Virus record (IMG/VR): IMGVR_UViG_3300047509_000037
Span: 1 to 64,000 of that record
Reading direction: 5' to 3' (one strand)
Source: a virus
Length of the DNA: 64,000 nucleotides
The translations under genes were made by a program, and so were the position numbers. A model generated the notes under the pieces. That model was not told the origin of the DNA, searched no databases, and saw only the letters and a list, made by a program, of their open reading frames with translations. Shown here piece after piece: positions 1 to 9,552 of the stretch (its first letter is position 1; each line of letters opens with the position of its first letter).

Positions 1-2
1 GC

Positions 3-1091
3 ACTGAGGAACGGAATCTGTTTGAACTCGTTCGCAGTTTCGCAAATGACGTGCGACTGGTTGAGAACGAGAATCTTCTGCTTGCGGTCCCAATACTCCA
101 GAATTTCCATCTTCTTCATCCGGGGGTCCGGTGATACTTGGATGTTCATGTCTTCAGAGTGGTGGACGATTCCTTTGGCGTGTGTCAGCCCTTCGGACAT
201 CGTTGTCTTCTGGGGCGCTTCTTGGTCCCAGATACCTTGCAGTTCAGATTCGGTTGGGATGTTCCAACCCTTGATTGCGTCACCTTCCTCGCCGTCTTTC
301 TTCGCGTTCTCAATTGCCTCGCGGAGAGCGTTGAGTTGGTAGTAGTCCATGTACTGAACGTCTACAACCCACGCGGCGCGACGGATGTCACTGACCCAAA
401 GCTGAGGGTCAACGTACACCTTGTCGATTGGTCGCCATTGGAAGAACGGCATCGGCACCGTCTTGACTTCCTGTTGGATGTCAGGCGGCACGTCTGTCGG
501 CATGGAGACGGTGGTGTTAGCGGCTTGAGGGTCGCCCGCCGGAATGTCCAGCTTGGTCGCCTTCCGCTTGTAGGTGATGATGTCTTTCCAGTTGTAGCCC
601 CACTTGAAGATGCCCGTTCCGAGGAACGCCATCTGTTCGAGTCCCCACTTCGTCTGCGTTTTGAATCCGCATTCGTCGAGGATGAAACTGAACAGTGCCG
701 TCTTCGCATCGACCACTTCCTGCTTCGTGCCGGGATGTGGACGCATGAGCATCGGCGGGTCGTCGTAGAACAGACCCTTGTAAAGCTGAGGGACAACCGC
801 GTTGCAAACCTTCGCCACGGTAAACCGCTGGACGTTTGGTTCGAGGATGTAGGTGTTGTCGTAAACCGACATCGGTCGCGGGGATTGATAAAGAAGGTCG
901 GCATCGCGCCAGAGCAATGCCCACTGGTTCTTCTCAATGTAGTTCCGCGCCATGTTCGCGCTCTGTACGACGAGAGTCAGCTTGTTGTTCTTCGTCTTCA
1001 GAGAGCCGTCGGGGTTGAAGTCTCCCGGCTGGAGAGAACCTTTCGCCATCCCATCTGTAGGCGGTGCCACAGGCAGTTTAGTTGCTTCCAT
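3..1091 (-). CDS. Putative portal protein, N-terminal part (runs off the window's left edge)
   Basis: Manual translation from ATG 1091 with AGGAG RBS: MEATKLPVAPP...KNQWALLWRDADLLYQ...EQMAFLGTGIFKWG. Directly downstream of the terminase. Missing from the ORF track because it has no stop in the window. Confidence 0.65.
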   Translation of the reverse strand, partial: MEATKLPVAPPTDGMAKGSLQPGDFNPDGSLKTKNNKLTLVVQSANMARNYIEKNQWALLWRDADLLYQSPRPMSVYDNTYILEPNVQRFTVAKVCNAVVPQLYKGLFYDDPPMLMRPHPGTKQEVVDAKTALFSFILDECGFKTQTKWGLEQMAFLGTGIFKWGYNWKDIITYKRKATKLDIPAGDPQAANTTVSMPTDVPPDIQQEVKTVPMPFFQWRPIDKVYVDPQLWVSDIRRAAWVVDVQYMDYYQLNALREAIENAKKDGEEGDAIKGWNIPTESELQGIWDQEAPQKTTMSEGLTHAKGIVHHSEDMNIQVSPDPRMKKMEILEYWDRKQKILVLNQSHVICETANEFKQIPFLS

Positions 1092-1098
1092 GATTCTC

Positions 1099-3093
1099 CT
1101 AGCCCATCAAGTCTGAGAGCGGGTTGTTGTTTGCCCACAACGCTTCTTCAGCATTGCGTCTGGCAACCGCGTCCGGTGCTTGGTCGGGGAACTCCAACTT
1201 CGTATTCTGTGCGTTGTACTTGTCGTATTTACCGAGTCCATGCACCATGTCGTAGTGTGACTTCGCCATCGGGTCGGGCGTGAAGTCCAGTGACGCTGCC
1301 TGAATCTTTGCTTCGGCGTCTGCGTAGCTGGAGAACGTGTTGACCATGATTGCGAGGGCATCGACGATGTCATCGTGCGTGCTCGACGCCGTGCCGAACT
1401 TCGACAACTCATCGTAGAGTTCGTCGAGGGACGGGCACGTGTTTACGAACTTCAGGCGGTCGTCTCCAAGGAATCGGAGAACCGGACCAGCCTTCATCTG
1501 CTTGGAGTTTTTCTTGTTGCCCTGTCCAAGCGGGATGAGTTCAACGGGACAACGGACTTTCAACTTGTCCATCTCGCGGTAGACTTCCCGCTGGATGTAC
1601 TTCATTGCTCCGGTGTCTTCAATGCAAACTCGTTTCGGCTTCCATTGGAGAGCCGTCGCCGCAATCATCGCGGGGAGCGTGTACTCGTCATAGCGACCGC
1701 GTTTCATGTCGATGACGTAGAACCGTCCGCCGTAAATCAGTGCGGTGATGATGACCGTGTAGTCCGCCCACGACTTCGTGCTGTAAGCGGTGTCCACGCA
1801 CGTCACAATCATCCCGGTGCCGGGAACCTCAACCGCGTTCACAGTTTTGCGAATCAGCAGTTCCCGTGGGAACTTGATGACGTGCATCTGTGTCGGGTCG
1901 TTGAGGTACTTGATTGCGAAGTACGGGTCGGTCTTTTTCAGATAGCGCAGGTTGGCATAGGTGAGAGAGTTCGGATTGTCGGGCACGTTAAACCACAGCG
2001 CCCAATCATTCTCGACCATCTCCTCCTCAATTTTGCCTTGCTTGACAGCGTCGAGGTTTGCCCACCATGCAGGACGGATGTAAATCTTCATGGGGAACTT
2101 CTCCCCATCTTCCTCATACGCCTGCTTGTTTTTGATGTCTTGACCGTAGGTATCTTCGGCGTCGTACCATGTTCCAATCTTGTCGTAGAACCCATACGGG
2201 TGCAACATAGCTTGGTTGATACTGACTTGCTTGTTGACCGCCTTCAGGCGTTCAACGGTGAGCGAGTTTTCGTTGGTCACCACGTCGTCCAGTTTCAGGA
2301 CGCATACGTGGAAGCCCGTCAAGGACTGCTCAATAGACGCGGAAAATATCGTCGGCTCTTTCCCTTTGATGGCGGTCGCGGGGGTTTGGAACTCGTTCGC
2401 TTTACCTTCATCAACCGGGATGCAGTGCTCCGCAAAGAGCACTTGGAACATTTTGTAGGTGCCGTCGTCGAACTGCTTCGGACGATAGCACTTCTTCGGG
2501 ACCATCAGGTCTTGGTACTCAGGCGTTCCTTCTTCGAGCGTGAAGTGCTCTTTGATTTCACCGATGAACTTGTCAGCCAGCTTCAACACGCCGGAGAGCA
2601 CGAGAATCGTGACTTCGGGGTACGTGATGATGTACTGGATGCTGTCTGCCATGTTCATCGTGGATTTGAAGCCGCCACGAGGGACCAAGAGAAGCCGTTG
2701 CTTCTCCTCAATGTATTGCATGGCGAACTCTTTGAAGTTCACCTTGGTTGGGTCTTTGCGGACGAAGAACTCGTTGCAGATTTCTTCGTGCGTGTTGTGA
2801 ATCGTACCGTCTTTCCAAACGTACTCGCCGTCGGACATTTCTTTGTAGCCGAGCAGCTTGCACAGGAAGAACAGATTAGTTTGCGCGAGGAACCGCGCAC
2901 GTGCGATGAGAGTTGGGTCAACGAGACCGAACTTCGCCCACACCTTCTTGCAGCGTTCGAGGCGCTCTTTGTTCATGCGCTTCAGGCTGGCTTTCGCCCG
3001 CTCGTCGAACTCCACGTCCGTCATGTCTCGGTGCTGGTAGTTCTTATCCAGCCGATGCTTCTCCACAAGGGATACGAGTGCGTCCACTTTCAC
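1099..3093 (-). CDS. terL: Terminase large subunit
   Basis: Walker A-like LLLVPRGGFKST, Walker B LKLDDVV, IGTWY coupling motif, RNase H-like nuclease (VDTAYS...ADYT, C-terminal HDDIVDA). Start moved to GTG 3093, which has a GGAGG RBS. Confidence 0.9.
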   Translation of the reverse strand: MKVDALVSLVEKHRLDKNYQHRDMTDVEFDERAKASLKRMNKERLERCKKVWAKFGLVDPTLIARARFLAQTNLFFLCKLLGYKEMSDGEYVWKDGTIHNTHEEICNEFFVRKDPTKVNFKEFAMQYIEEKQRLLLVPRGGFKSTMNMADSIQYIITYPEVTILVLSGVLKLADKFIGEIKEHFTLEEGTPEYQDLMVPKKCYRPKQFDDGTYKMFQVLFAEHCIPVDEGKANEFQTPATAIKGKEPTIFSASIEQSLTGFHVCVLKLDDVVTNENSLTVERLKAVNKQVSINQAMLHPYGFYDKIGTWYDAEDTYGQDIKNKQAYEEDGEKFPMKIYIRPAWWANLDAVKQGKIEEEMVENDWALWFNVPDNPNSLTYANLRYLKKTDPYFAIKYLNDPTQMHVIKFPRELLIRKTVNAVEVPGTGMIVTCVDTAYSTKSWADYTVIITALIYGGRFYVIDMKRGRYDEYTLPAMIAATALQWKPKRVCIEDTGAMKYIQREVYREMDKLKVRCPVELIPLGQGNKKNSKQMKAGPVLRFLGDDRLKFVNTCPSLDELYDELSKFGTASSTHDDIVDALAIMVNTFSSYADAEAKIQAASLDFTPDPMAKSHYDMVHGLGKYDKYNAQNTKLEFPDQAPDAVARRNAEEALWANNNPLSDLMG

Positions 3094-3529
3094 GGCGTTG
3101 CCTCCACAATTCAGCGTAGGCAACAATCTTTGCGAGAACGGTCGGAGAGTCTTTAGCGAAGCCGAGTATAACATTGCAGGAGTGGCAAAGAATGCCACGA
3201 ATACATTTCCCACAACTTCTCGAACTATCACAGCAAGCATGGTCGTGGTCAACGCACCATCCCCGCCCTCCGGGTTCTGTAGCCCCGCATGAAGCGCAAC
3301 ATCGACCTTGCGAATCGAATAGCGCATTCCACGCATCCGAGGTTAGCCCGTATTTCTCACGTCTACGTTTCTCAACGCATCGTTCGGGATTATCATCACG
3401 CCAACGCTTTGCGTAAGCAGCGTGCTCCTCTGGATGTTCTTTCGCACGCTTGCTAGAACGGGCGATAACTGCATCACGATTTCGGTCGTAATAACGACTA
3501 GCCGCGTCTTTCTGGTTCTGCGTTTGCAT
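3044..3529 (-). CDS. Endonuclease VII-family (HNH-like) endonuclease
   Basis: KYGLT...QGRCCASC...VDHDH...IRGILCHSCN motif; overlaps the terminase start. Confidence 0.85.
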   Translation of the reverse strand: MQTQNQKDAASRYYDRNRDAVIARSSKRAKEHPEEHAAYAKRWRDDNPERCVEKRRREKYGLTSDAWNALFDSQGRCCASCGATEPGGRGWCVDHDHACCDSSRSCGKCIRGILCHSCNVILGFAKDSPTVLAKIVAYAELWRQRRESGRTRIPCGEASAG

Positions 3530-3607
3530 ATTTCTCCTGATAAAAGAAATGGGCGATTGTTATCAGCAATCGCCCGCCAACGGGTAATTAATCCGTCAGG
3601 ATGTTCT

Positions 3608-4204
3608 TTACTTCTTATGCGACCAACCGTGCATCGCCACTGCGAGACGCCCCATCGCCGCCACATGCGGATTCGATGAATTTGCCGCTTCTTGTTTCTT
3701 CACCATCGGGATAGGTTCTCCCTCGGGAATACCTAGATGCCGATGCAAAGCCCCGCCATGCAATTTGTGCATGGAGCGGGCGAAGTGTTGTTTTTCGCTA
3801 GGACTGTGTTCCATAAAAGCATCCTCTACTGCGTTCGTGTCTTTGTCGTGATTGTCCGGGTTCTCGTGAGCCGGGACAACCTTCTCGCCCTCGTGGAGTT
3901 GATAGACTCCAGTCTTCGGGACGCTGTCACATCCGTCTTTGTACGAGCCGAGTGACTTCGTCCAATCACCGATGTCTTTCGGTGAGATAGGTTTCTCGCC
4001 TTTGATGGGCGCACGTTTGACGTGTTCCCAAGGCTGCATTGGTTCTTTCGCACGCGGCTTCGTATCGACAGGTGCCGTCGGCGTTCCGAGAGCGGCAGCG
4101 GTCATCGCCGCACGCTCGTGCAGTTCGTTCCCCAGACCGTCGGTCTCGGCGTTGCCCGCCTTGATTGCGTCTGAAGTTTGTTTTACCTTGTCGAGTATTC
4201 CCAC
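3608..4204 (-). CDS. Small virion-associated-type protein with VPKTGxxxLHxGEKVVPA motif
   Basis: DGCDSVPKTGVYQLHEGEKVVPA plus GALHRHLGIPEGEPIP; located in the morphogenesis operon. Confidence 0.65.
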   Translation of the reverse strand: MGILDKVKQTSDAIKAGNAETDGLGNELHERAAMTAAALGTPTAPVDTKPRAKEPMQPWEHVKRAPIKGEKPISPKDIGDWTKSLGSYKDGCDSVPKTGVYQLHEGEKVVPAHENPDNHDKDTNAVEDAFMEHSPSEKQHFARSMHKLHGGALHRHLGIPEGEPIPMVKKQEAANSSNPHVAAMGRLAVAMHGWSHKK

Positions 4205-4205
4205 G

Positions 4206-4811
4206 TTACGCTCCCGGCATTGGTGATGGAGCAGCCGTCATCGGTGCCGGAGCAGCCGCGCCTTCAGCGGGAGCCGCTTCGCCATCGTTCGGTGTGCCCG
4301 CGTGGTCTTCCATGTGATTGTGGAGTTCACTCATGTCCGACATGACGTGAGTCTCGTCGGGGTGATGCTCCGGGTGGTGATGTTTGTGGGTGATGATGTG
4401 CTTGCCGTTCGCGGACTTGGTGTGAACCATTTCCTTGATTTCTTTCTTCGGCTTTTTGTCACCCTTCGTAATTCCTGCAAACGGGTCCATTTTGTTTTCC
4501 TTTGCGGGGACGACTTTCTCCCCTTTGTGAAGCAGCGCGGGACCAGTCTTAGGTACGAAATCTGTTCCGTGCTTGTACGAACTGATGTGCGGCTCACGAA
4601 GTTGTTCGGGCGTCATCACATCGGAATGAATTGGCTTGGTCTTGACATCGACCTTTTGCACATCGCCTTTTGCGCCGCCCATGCGATACCACTTGCCTGA
4701 ACTGTTCGAGGGCAACTCAGTATCCCATCGGGGTGCGACGTTGTGCGGGTTGGGGAACACGGGACCGGGGAAATCGGCGGGTGCGCCCTTGCCCTTCGGT
4801 TTGTCAGCCAT
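4206..4811 (-). CDS. His-rich protein with HGTDFVPKTGPALLHKGEKVVPA motif
   Basis: Shares the motif with the neighbouring gene; tightly packed. Confidence 0.65.
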   Translation of the reverse strand: MADKPKGKGAPADFPGPVFPNPHNVAPRWDTELPSNSSGKWYRMGGAKGDVQKVDVKTKPIHSDVMTPEQLREPHISSYKHGTDFVPKTGPALLHKGEKVVPAKENKMDPFAGITKGDKKPKKEIKEMVHTKSANGKHIITHKHHHPEHHPDETHVMSDMSELHNHMEDHAGTPNDGEAAPAEGAAAPAPMTAAPSPMPGA

Positions 4812-4816
4812 GAGAC

Positions 4817-5074
4817 CTACTTGTTCGGAACGAGAGCCAGAGCATCCATGTCAAGCGTGAATGCTGTCGGGTCGATGCCGAGTTCTTTGACAATCTCAGC
4901 GGCGACGGCGTTCGTCGCGTTGAGTTTGTCCATGTAATCGCGCTGGGTTTTGTCAAACAAAATACGTGCGCTCATCACATCGCGCTGTGCCAAAAGCAAT
5001 TTCAGCTTGTGGTCAGCCAACAGCACCGGAACGATTTGCTCCGGTGCCGTGGTAGTTGCTTCTTTTGTCGCCAT
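4817..5074 (-). CDS. Hypothetical helical protein
   Basis: GAGGAGG RBS; operon packing. Confidence 0.65.
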   Translation of the reverse strand: MATKEATTTAPEQIVPVLLADHKLKLLLAQRDVMSARILFDKTQRDYMDKLNATNAVAAEIVKELGIDPTAFTLDMDALALVPNK

Positions 5075-5095
5075 AAGTCCTCCTCAGGTTTATGC

Positions 5096-5389
5096 TTATC
5101 CGAATCCTAACACTGTCGGAACAACCGCGTTCAATCCTGATGTTGCGGGGATTTCTTGGGGTGCCCCAGATACAAATCGAAACAGGCGGATTTTACCGCC
5201 GTCTAATACCGAGAACAGTGGAACATTTAGAGAGTTTTGCGAAGGAGGAACTTGTCCCAAGCACACCCCTAAAAAATTGTTGTAGTTAAGACCTACCACA
5301 GAAACAGGTTCGCCGCCTGCGGGATAATCAATGATTGTCACGGTTGCAAAAACCGTAAGACTACTGAGTTGACTCAAAGTATGACTCAT
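5096..5389 (-). CDS. Hypothetical (possible structural) protein
   Basis: Operon packing after the fibre-like gene. Confidence 0.55.
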   Translation of the reverse strand: MSHTLSQLSSLTVFATVTIIDYPAGGEPVSVVGLNYNNFLGVCLGQVPPSQNSLNVPLFSVLDGGKIRLFRFVSGAPQEIPATSGLNAVVPTVLGFG

Positions 5390-5395
5390 GGATTC

Positions 5396-7051
5396 CTACG
5401 ATTCAAACATGACGAAGGGAATACCCGTTCCCATCGCTACCGCAGACGCCGAAAAGGTTCCGAGACTCGCAGGGATGTCCCCAGATGAGGCTCCGTTAGA
5501 CGCTTTGAAGAACTTCGTGGTATTCGCATTCAACGTCGCCATCAAAGATGACCCGATGTTCCACGGAGAAAATGGGTAAAAGTTCGCCGTCGTGTTGGAC
5601 ACTGTCCAAACAAACCGATAGGCTCCCGGCAACAGGAGGTATGTCGCAGTCAACGTGATGGCGTAACTCGTGTTACTCGTTGCTAGACTCTGGGAATTTG
5701 AAGAAAAAATTTTGTTCCCCAAGGAGTCGCTAAGACCGAAAGCCCCGGTCACCCCAGCCGCACCAACAGAACATCGCGCAGAAATGTGTTTCACTATCTG
5801 GGCTTGCCAAAGGTTAAACAGAACTCCATCTACGTCGCCCCCAGCGGTAACGTTAGCAGTACCTGCCCCTGACCCAGACCATTGCTGGCTGCCGGGAGAG
5901 ATGAAGTAATTGTTCGTGGTCAACGAACCAGAGTTGAGCAACTGGTAATTAGTCCCGTTCGAGAACAGAAGCGCCGACGAACCCGGAGGCATGACCATGA
6001 TAGTCGCACTATCAATCGTGGATGTCGTAGGCGTCACAGTAATAACGCCCGTGCCGATGTTCTTGAGCCAGCACCACCAGCCGTCAATGAATGTCGAACT
6101 CGCTCCTGCTTGTGGGAGCGTAACTGCGATAGCCGCTGCGTTGCTGAAGGTCACCGTCGTCGCACGGTCAGAATCTTGAACTGGGTAGGAAGTTCCAGTC
6201 TGGGCATTGCGACCGAGTTTCATTTCAGCCAACTTCAACATCGTATTTGAGTCAAGACCCGCGTAACCGCTGGCGGTGTCTTTTTGAGAGAGTAGTTGGT
6301 ACGTCGCACTCAACGAGGGGATGTCCGCCGCGACGAGAGCACGAAACGCTGGAGTAGCAGCGCCGCCAGAAGTGGGACCAGCAAACACAAAATTTGCAGA
6401 TTCATTCGCCCAAGAGAGAGCGATAGTTCCACTCGTCGTGATAGGTGAACCGCCGACAGTAATTTCCGTAGGGGCGGTCAACGCCACCGAAGTAACGGTT
6501 CCTGTGCCGGGGGTAAGAACTTTCAGCTTGTAAGACGATGACGCGTTGTCCCAATAAATGACGTAACCATCTTGACCAGCACCCGCCGTCCCGATAGTTG
6601 CATCAAGAGCAGCGCCGCGCAGTTTGATGACCGAGGAAGCCGTGCTTCCAGAAGTCGTGACATCACCAGTGAGGTTGCCGACTGCAATTGCAGAGCCGCC
6701 TGCTCCAATGATAAGTCCCCCAGCAGTGAGGCTGGTGCTCGTGACGTATGGCAGCGCCGGAATGTCGGCTGCTACCAGAGCACGGAAACCGGGGGTCGCC
6801 GCACCGCCAGAAGTCGGACCAGCAAACACGAAGTTTGCGGTCTCGGTCTTCCACGTCAGTGCGATAGTCCCGGCTGAAGTAATCGGTGAACCTGAAACGT
6901 TGAACTCTGTAGGAGCGGTGAATGCAACCGAAGTGACGCCCAGCGCCGCGAGGGTGATGGTCGTTACATCGTTGGTGTTCGAGACCGATGCAATACCATT
7001 GGTGAAATCAAGTTCCGAAATTCCATTGATATTGATTTTGGTCGTCGCCAT
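5396..7051 (-). CDS. Tail fibre/appendage-like structural protein with internal repeat
   Basis: G/T/S/A-rich; two copies of the ~60-aa unit VTSVA.TAPTE..V.GSPIT..GTIAL.W..E.ANFVFAGPTSGGAATP.FRALVAADIP. Confidence 0.75.
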   Translation of the reverse strand: MATTKININGISELDFTNGIASVSNTNDVTTITLAALGVTSVAFTAPTEFNVSGSPITSAGTIALTWKTETANFVFAGPTSGGAATPGFRALVAADIPALPYVTSTSLTAGGLIIGAGGSAIAVGNLTGDVTTSGSTASSVIKLRGAALDATIGTAGAGQDGYVIYWDNASSSYKLKVLTPGTGTVTSVALTAPTEITVGGSPITTSGTIALSWANESANFVFAGPTSGGAATPAFRALVAADIPSLSATYQLLSQKDTASGYAGLDSNTMLKLAEMKLGRNAQTGTSYPVQDSDRATTVTFSNAAAIAVTLPQAGASSTFIDGWWCWLKNIGTGVITVTPTTSTIDSATIMVMPPGSSALLFSNGTNYQLLNSGSLTTNNYFISPGSQQWSGSGAGTANVTAGGDVDGVLFNLWQAQIVKHISARCSVGAAGVTGAFGLSDSLGNKIFSSNSQSLATSNTSYAITLTATYLLLPGAYRFVWTVSNTTANFYPFSPWNIGSSLMATLNANTTKFFKASNGASSGDIPASLGTFSASAVAMGTGIPFVMFES

Positions 7052-7054
7052 TCG

Positions 7055-7549
7055 CTATCCTTTGAACATATCAGGCAGCGTCCGCCAGTGGTCTCGCGCC
7101 GTGACCCACATGCCCTTGGCGGGTGAGTACGGGTCGTAGAGAGTCCTGAAGATTTCTTGCGCCCTGTAAAAGCCTTGTGTCAACTCTCCGATTGCTCGAA
7201 GATACATCATCACCGTGATAGGGCTGCGGGAGTGTCCCGCATTGCAGTGGACGAAAACCGTCTCACCCTTCTGCCGCATCCTGTGAATGAATCGAAGCCC
7301 TGCTTCCAGAGGCTCCCACGGAATCATCGCGGGGTCTTCATGGTCGATGAGGTTGAGCGCCATCACGTTGCCGCGTTGGACAAAGTAATAGTTGTCATCC
7401 TTCGGAGCGCCGAGAGTGGTGTACTCTAACATTGAGCGGTGGCTGTCAATCCCATCTTTGCAGCAGCAGAGCCGCGCCATTCGCCGTCGTTTCGCTTCGG
7501 GCACGTCCTTGTCACTTCCAAGGTAAAGCCCATCAATAATTTTCTCCAC
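7055..7549 (-). CDS. Dual-specificity protein phosphatase
   Basis: IIDGLYLGS start and VFVHCNAGHSRS (HCxxGxxR) catalytic loop. Confidence 0.85.
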   Translation of the reverse strand: MEKIIDGLYLGSDKDVPEAKRRRMARLCCCKDGIDSHRSMLEYTTLGAPKDDNYYFVQRGNVMALNLIDHEDPAMIPWEPLEAGLRFIHRMRQKGETVFVHCNAGHSRSPITVMMYLRAIGELTQGFYRAQEIFRTLYDPYSPAKGMWVTARDHWRTLPDMFKG

Positions 7550-7828
7550 CTAGCAGTCCGTCAGGATGATGCTAGACTTCGGTGCCGGAGCAGGATTGAC
7601 TTGCGTTGGCACAGCAGTTGGAACTTGTGTTGGTCCGCCCTTGGCGGCTTTCGCTTTCGCGGCTTTCTCCACGAGGTCGTTGACATACGACCGGAGAACG
7701 ACGTTCGCAAAATCAACTGCGAACTTCAGCGACGTGGCGTCGAGAATCATTTTGATTCCGTTGCAATCCCACGCCTTTGCGAACATCTTCACATCATTTG
7801 GGTCAACTTGCGGGTAGCTTATCGGCAT
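7550..7828 (-). CDS. Hypothetical protein
   Basis: GAGGAGG RBS before ATG 7828. Confidence 0.6.
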   Translation of the reverse strand: MPISYPQVDPNDVKMFAKAWDCNGIKMILDATSLKFAVDFANVVLRSYVNDLVEKAAKAKAAKGGPTQVPTAVPTQVNPAPAPKSSIILTDC

Positions 7829-8057
7829 CGGAATCCTCCTCAAGAAACTTTGCCATCTTGTCGTTGAACTCGCCTTGGGTCAAATCGTCCGTGGGCTGGT
7901 TGCCCGAACCTGTCGAGTCATGGAACGAAATTTTGTAGAAACTGCGGAGCACGCAGAATCGGTCGAACCACCGCAGCCGCGTAGCGGGCGGATTTGATTT
8001 GTTAAGTGTTTCCTTCAGCGCAATCTTCGCTGCATACTCTCGTCCGAGTTTTGGCAT
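7803..8057 (-). CDS. Hypothetical protein (small-terminase candidate, unverified)
   Basis: GGAGG RBS before ATG 8057; basic N-terminus, acidic C-terminus. Confidence 0.5.
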   Translation of the reverse strand: MPKLGREYAAKIALKETLNKSNPPATRLRWFDRFCVLRSFYKISFHDSTGSGNQPTDDLTQGEFNDKMAKFLEEDSDADKLPAS

Positions 8058-8285
8058 GTTGCCTCCCCGGAGCGAGATGGGTAATGGGGGCACGTCGCCG
8101 CGTACTTATTTCCTGTGGTGACGGCGCGGATTCACAGTTGTCCGCGAAGTGATACGGGTCCAAGAGAACATCGTACAAGATGTTCACGGCGGTATCCTTC
8201 TCTCCTCCGAATTGAAATCTTTGCCTCGCCCCCTCGCGGGTCGGCTGGGCGTCGAGTCCGTTTGTGAACGGACAAACATTTTCGA

Positions 8286-8639
8286 TTACTCGGTGTTGGG
8301 TGCTTGCGACAGACCGTTGGCGGGTTGAGAACCCGTTGGCGGGGTTGGGTCGCCATGCCCTGCGGTCGAATCATAGGATGGGACAAGCGTGTTGCCCACG
8401 TTTCCTGCGGTGCCGTCGGAGAGCAGAACTGCTGCACACTGCACAACGCCACTCACCAGCTTCAAACCTGCTTTGCCGGGAGGAACGGTGCCAAGAATCG
8501 TGCCGCTGTCATACGGAGTAATTGTTTCGAGGGATGATGCGGAGCTGCCGGTGCCGCTCAACTGGTATTGCTTCACGACGCCCACGGGCTGTACGCCTGC
8601 GGTCGCATCGCCTGCTGGTTTCAGAATTGCGCCTGCCAT
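8286..8639 (-). CDS. Hypothetical G/T/P-rich protein, possibly virion
   Basis: AAGGA RBS; composition. Confidence 0.55.
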   Translation of the reverse strand: MAGAILKPAGDATAGVQPVGVVKQYQLSGTGSSASSLETITPYDSGTILGTVPPGKAGLKLVSGVVQCAAVLLSDGTAGNVGNTLVPSYDSTAGHGDPTPPTGSQPANGLSQAPNTE

Positions 8640-8649
8640 AGTTTTCCTT

Positions 8650-9552
8650 TTAGTTGTCGTACCAGTCTATCGTCAGCCCGTCCGCCGCGTACTTGCTTGT
8701 GCGTTTCGAAACGAGTCCTGTTCGGTAGACATCTCCTACGGGGTTCTTCCACTCCCGGTTGCGGTCGTACTGATGCACGATGCAGAAGGGCTGCGTGGAG
8801 CCTTGAGGATAAAGGATTCCTTTTTTCAGGTCGGGCTTAGGGTCCAGCCAGAAATGATTCGGAAGGTTTCCGAAACAGTACCCGATGACCGCGAATCCTT
8901 CGCTCAGTCGTGGGACGAGTGTGATGCTTTCAAAATCTTTGTCGCGGGCTATGATGTTGAGCGCCGCCTGCTCTGCAATCTCTTTGGTGCCCGCTGCGAT
9001 GTCGCACGTGCGCCGGAAGATTTCCGCCAAAACTTCAGGCGTTCCCGCGAACGTTCCACCGTTAAGGGCTTCGTGTTCTCGGATACGAGCGTAGTCTTCA
9101 GGAGTAAACATCGCCTTGCACCAATTGTCGTTGCAGGCTTCGTTCTTGATGAAGTAACTCTCGGTTGCGATAACCAGTTTCTTATCGCCCAGATTTTTCT
9201 CCAACCATTCAGAAGGGTCGGACTGGAAGACCACGTCCCTGATGTCCATCCAGAGAACGTATCTGAACTCGTGTCCACGGTCGCGCAAGAACTGGTAAGC
9301 CAGCCTGTCGCGGTACTCGTAGAAATTTTTGTGCGCGATGTGCCAGTCGGAACTGGTCTCGCCTTGCGGCACGTCAATCAACTCGAACCCATGTTCGATG
9401 AGTTTATTTCTAACATCAGCGGCGAGGTTCCACACAAGCAGAATCTTGCGACCACGAAAGCCACACCGCTTGGAGGAGACCATGTAGGCTTCAATCCAAT
9501 CGAAGCCGACGTTGGCGAAGACGCCGAGAAGCAAATCGTTCGTGGCGTCCAT
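8650..9552 (-). CDS. GT-A-fold glycosyltransferase-like protein
   Basis: YVLWMDIRDVVFQSDP, LNGGTFAG, EQAALN, IVHQYDR motifs. Confidence 0.7.
   Translation of the reverse strand: MDATNDLLLGVFANVGFDWIEAYMVSSKRCGFRGRKILLVWNLAADVRNKLIEHGFELIDVPQGETSSDWHIAHKNFYEYRDRLAYQFLRDRGHEFRYVLWMDIRDVVFQSDPSEWLEKNLGDKKLVIATESYFIKNEACNDNWCKAMFTPEDYARIREHEALNGGTFAGTPEVLAEIFRRTCDIAAGTKEIAEQAALNIIARDKDFESITLVPRLSEGFAVIGYCFGNLPNHFWLDPKPDLKKGILYPQGSTQPFCIVHQYDRNREWKNPVGDVYRTGLVSKRTSKYAADGLTIDWYDN

Noticed and set aside
138-3156. Long plus-strand ORFs (381 aa, 593 aa) and similar antisense ORFs elsewhere (e.g. 8389-9555, 31021-31959)
   Set aside because: Shadow frames of GC-rich genes on the opposite strand; no motifs or RBS.
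3094-3336. 80-aa N-terminal extension of the terminase in the ORF track
   Set aside because: Overlaps the EndoVII gene; GTG 3093 has a GGAGG RBS and is the more plausible start.
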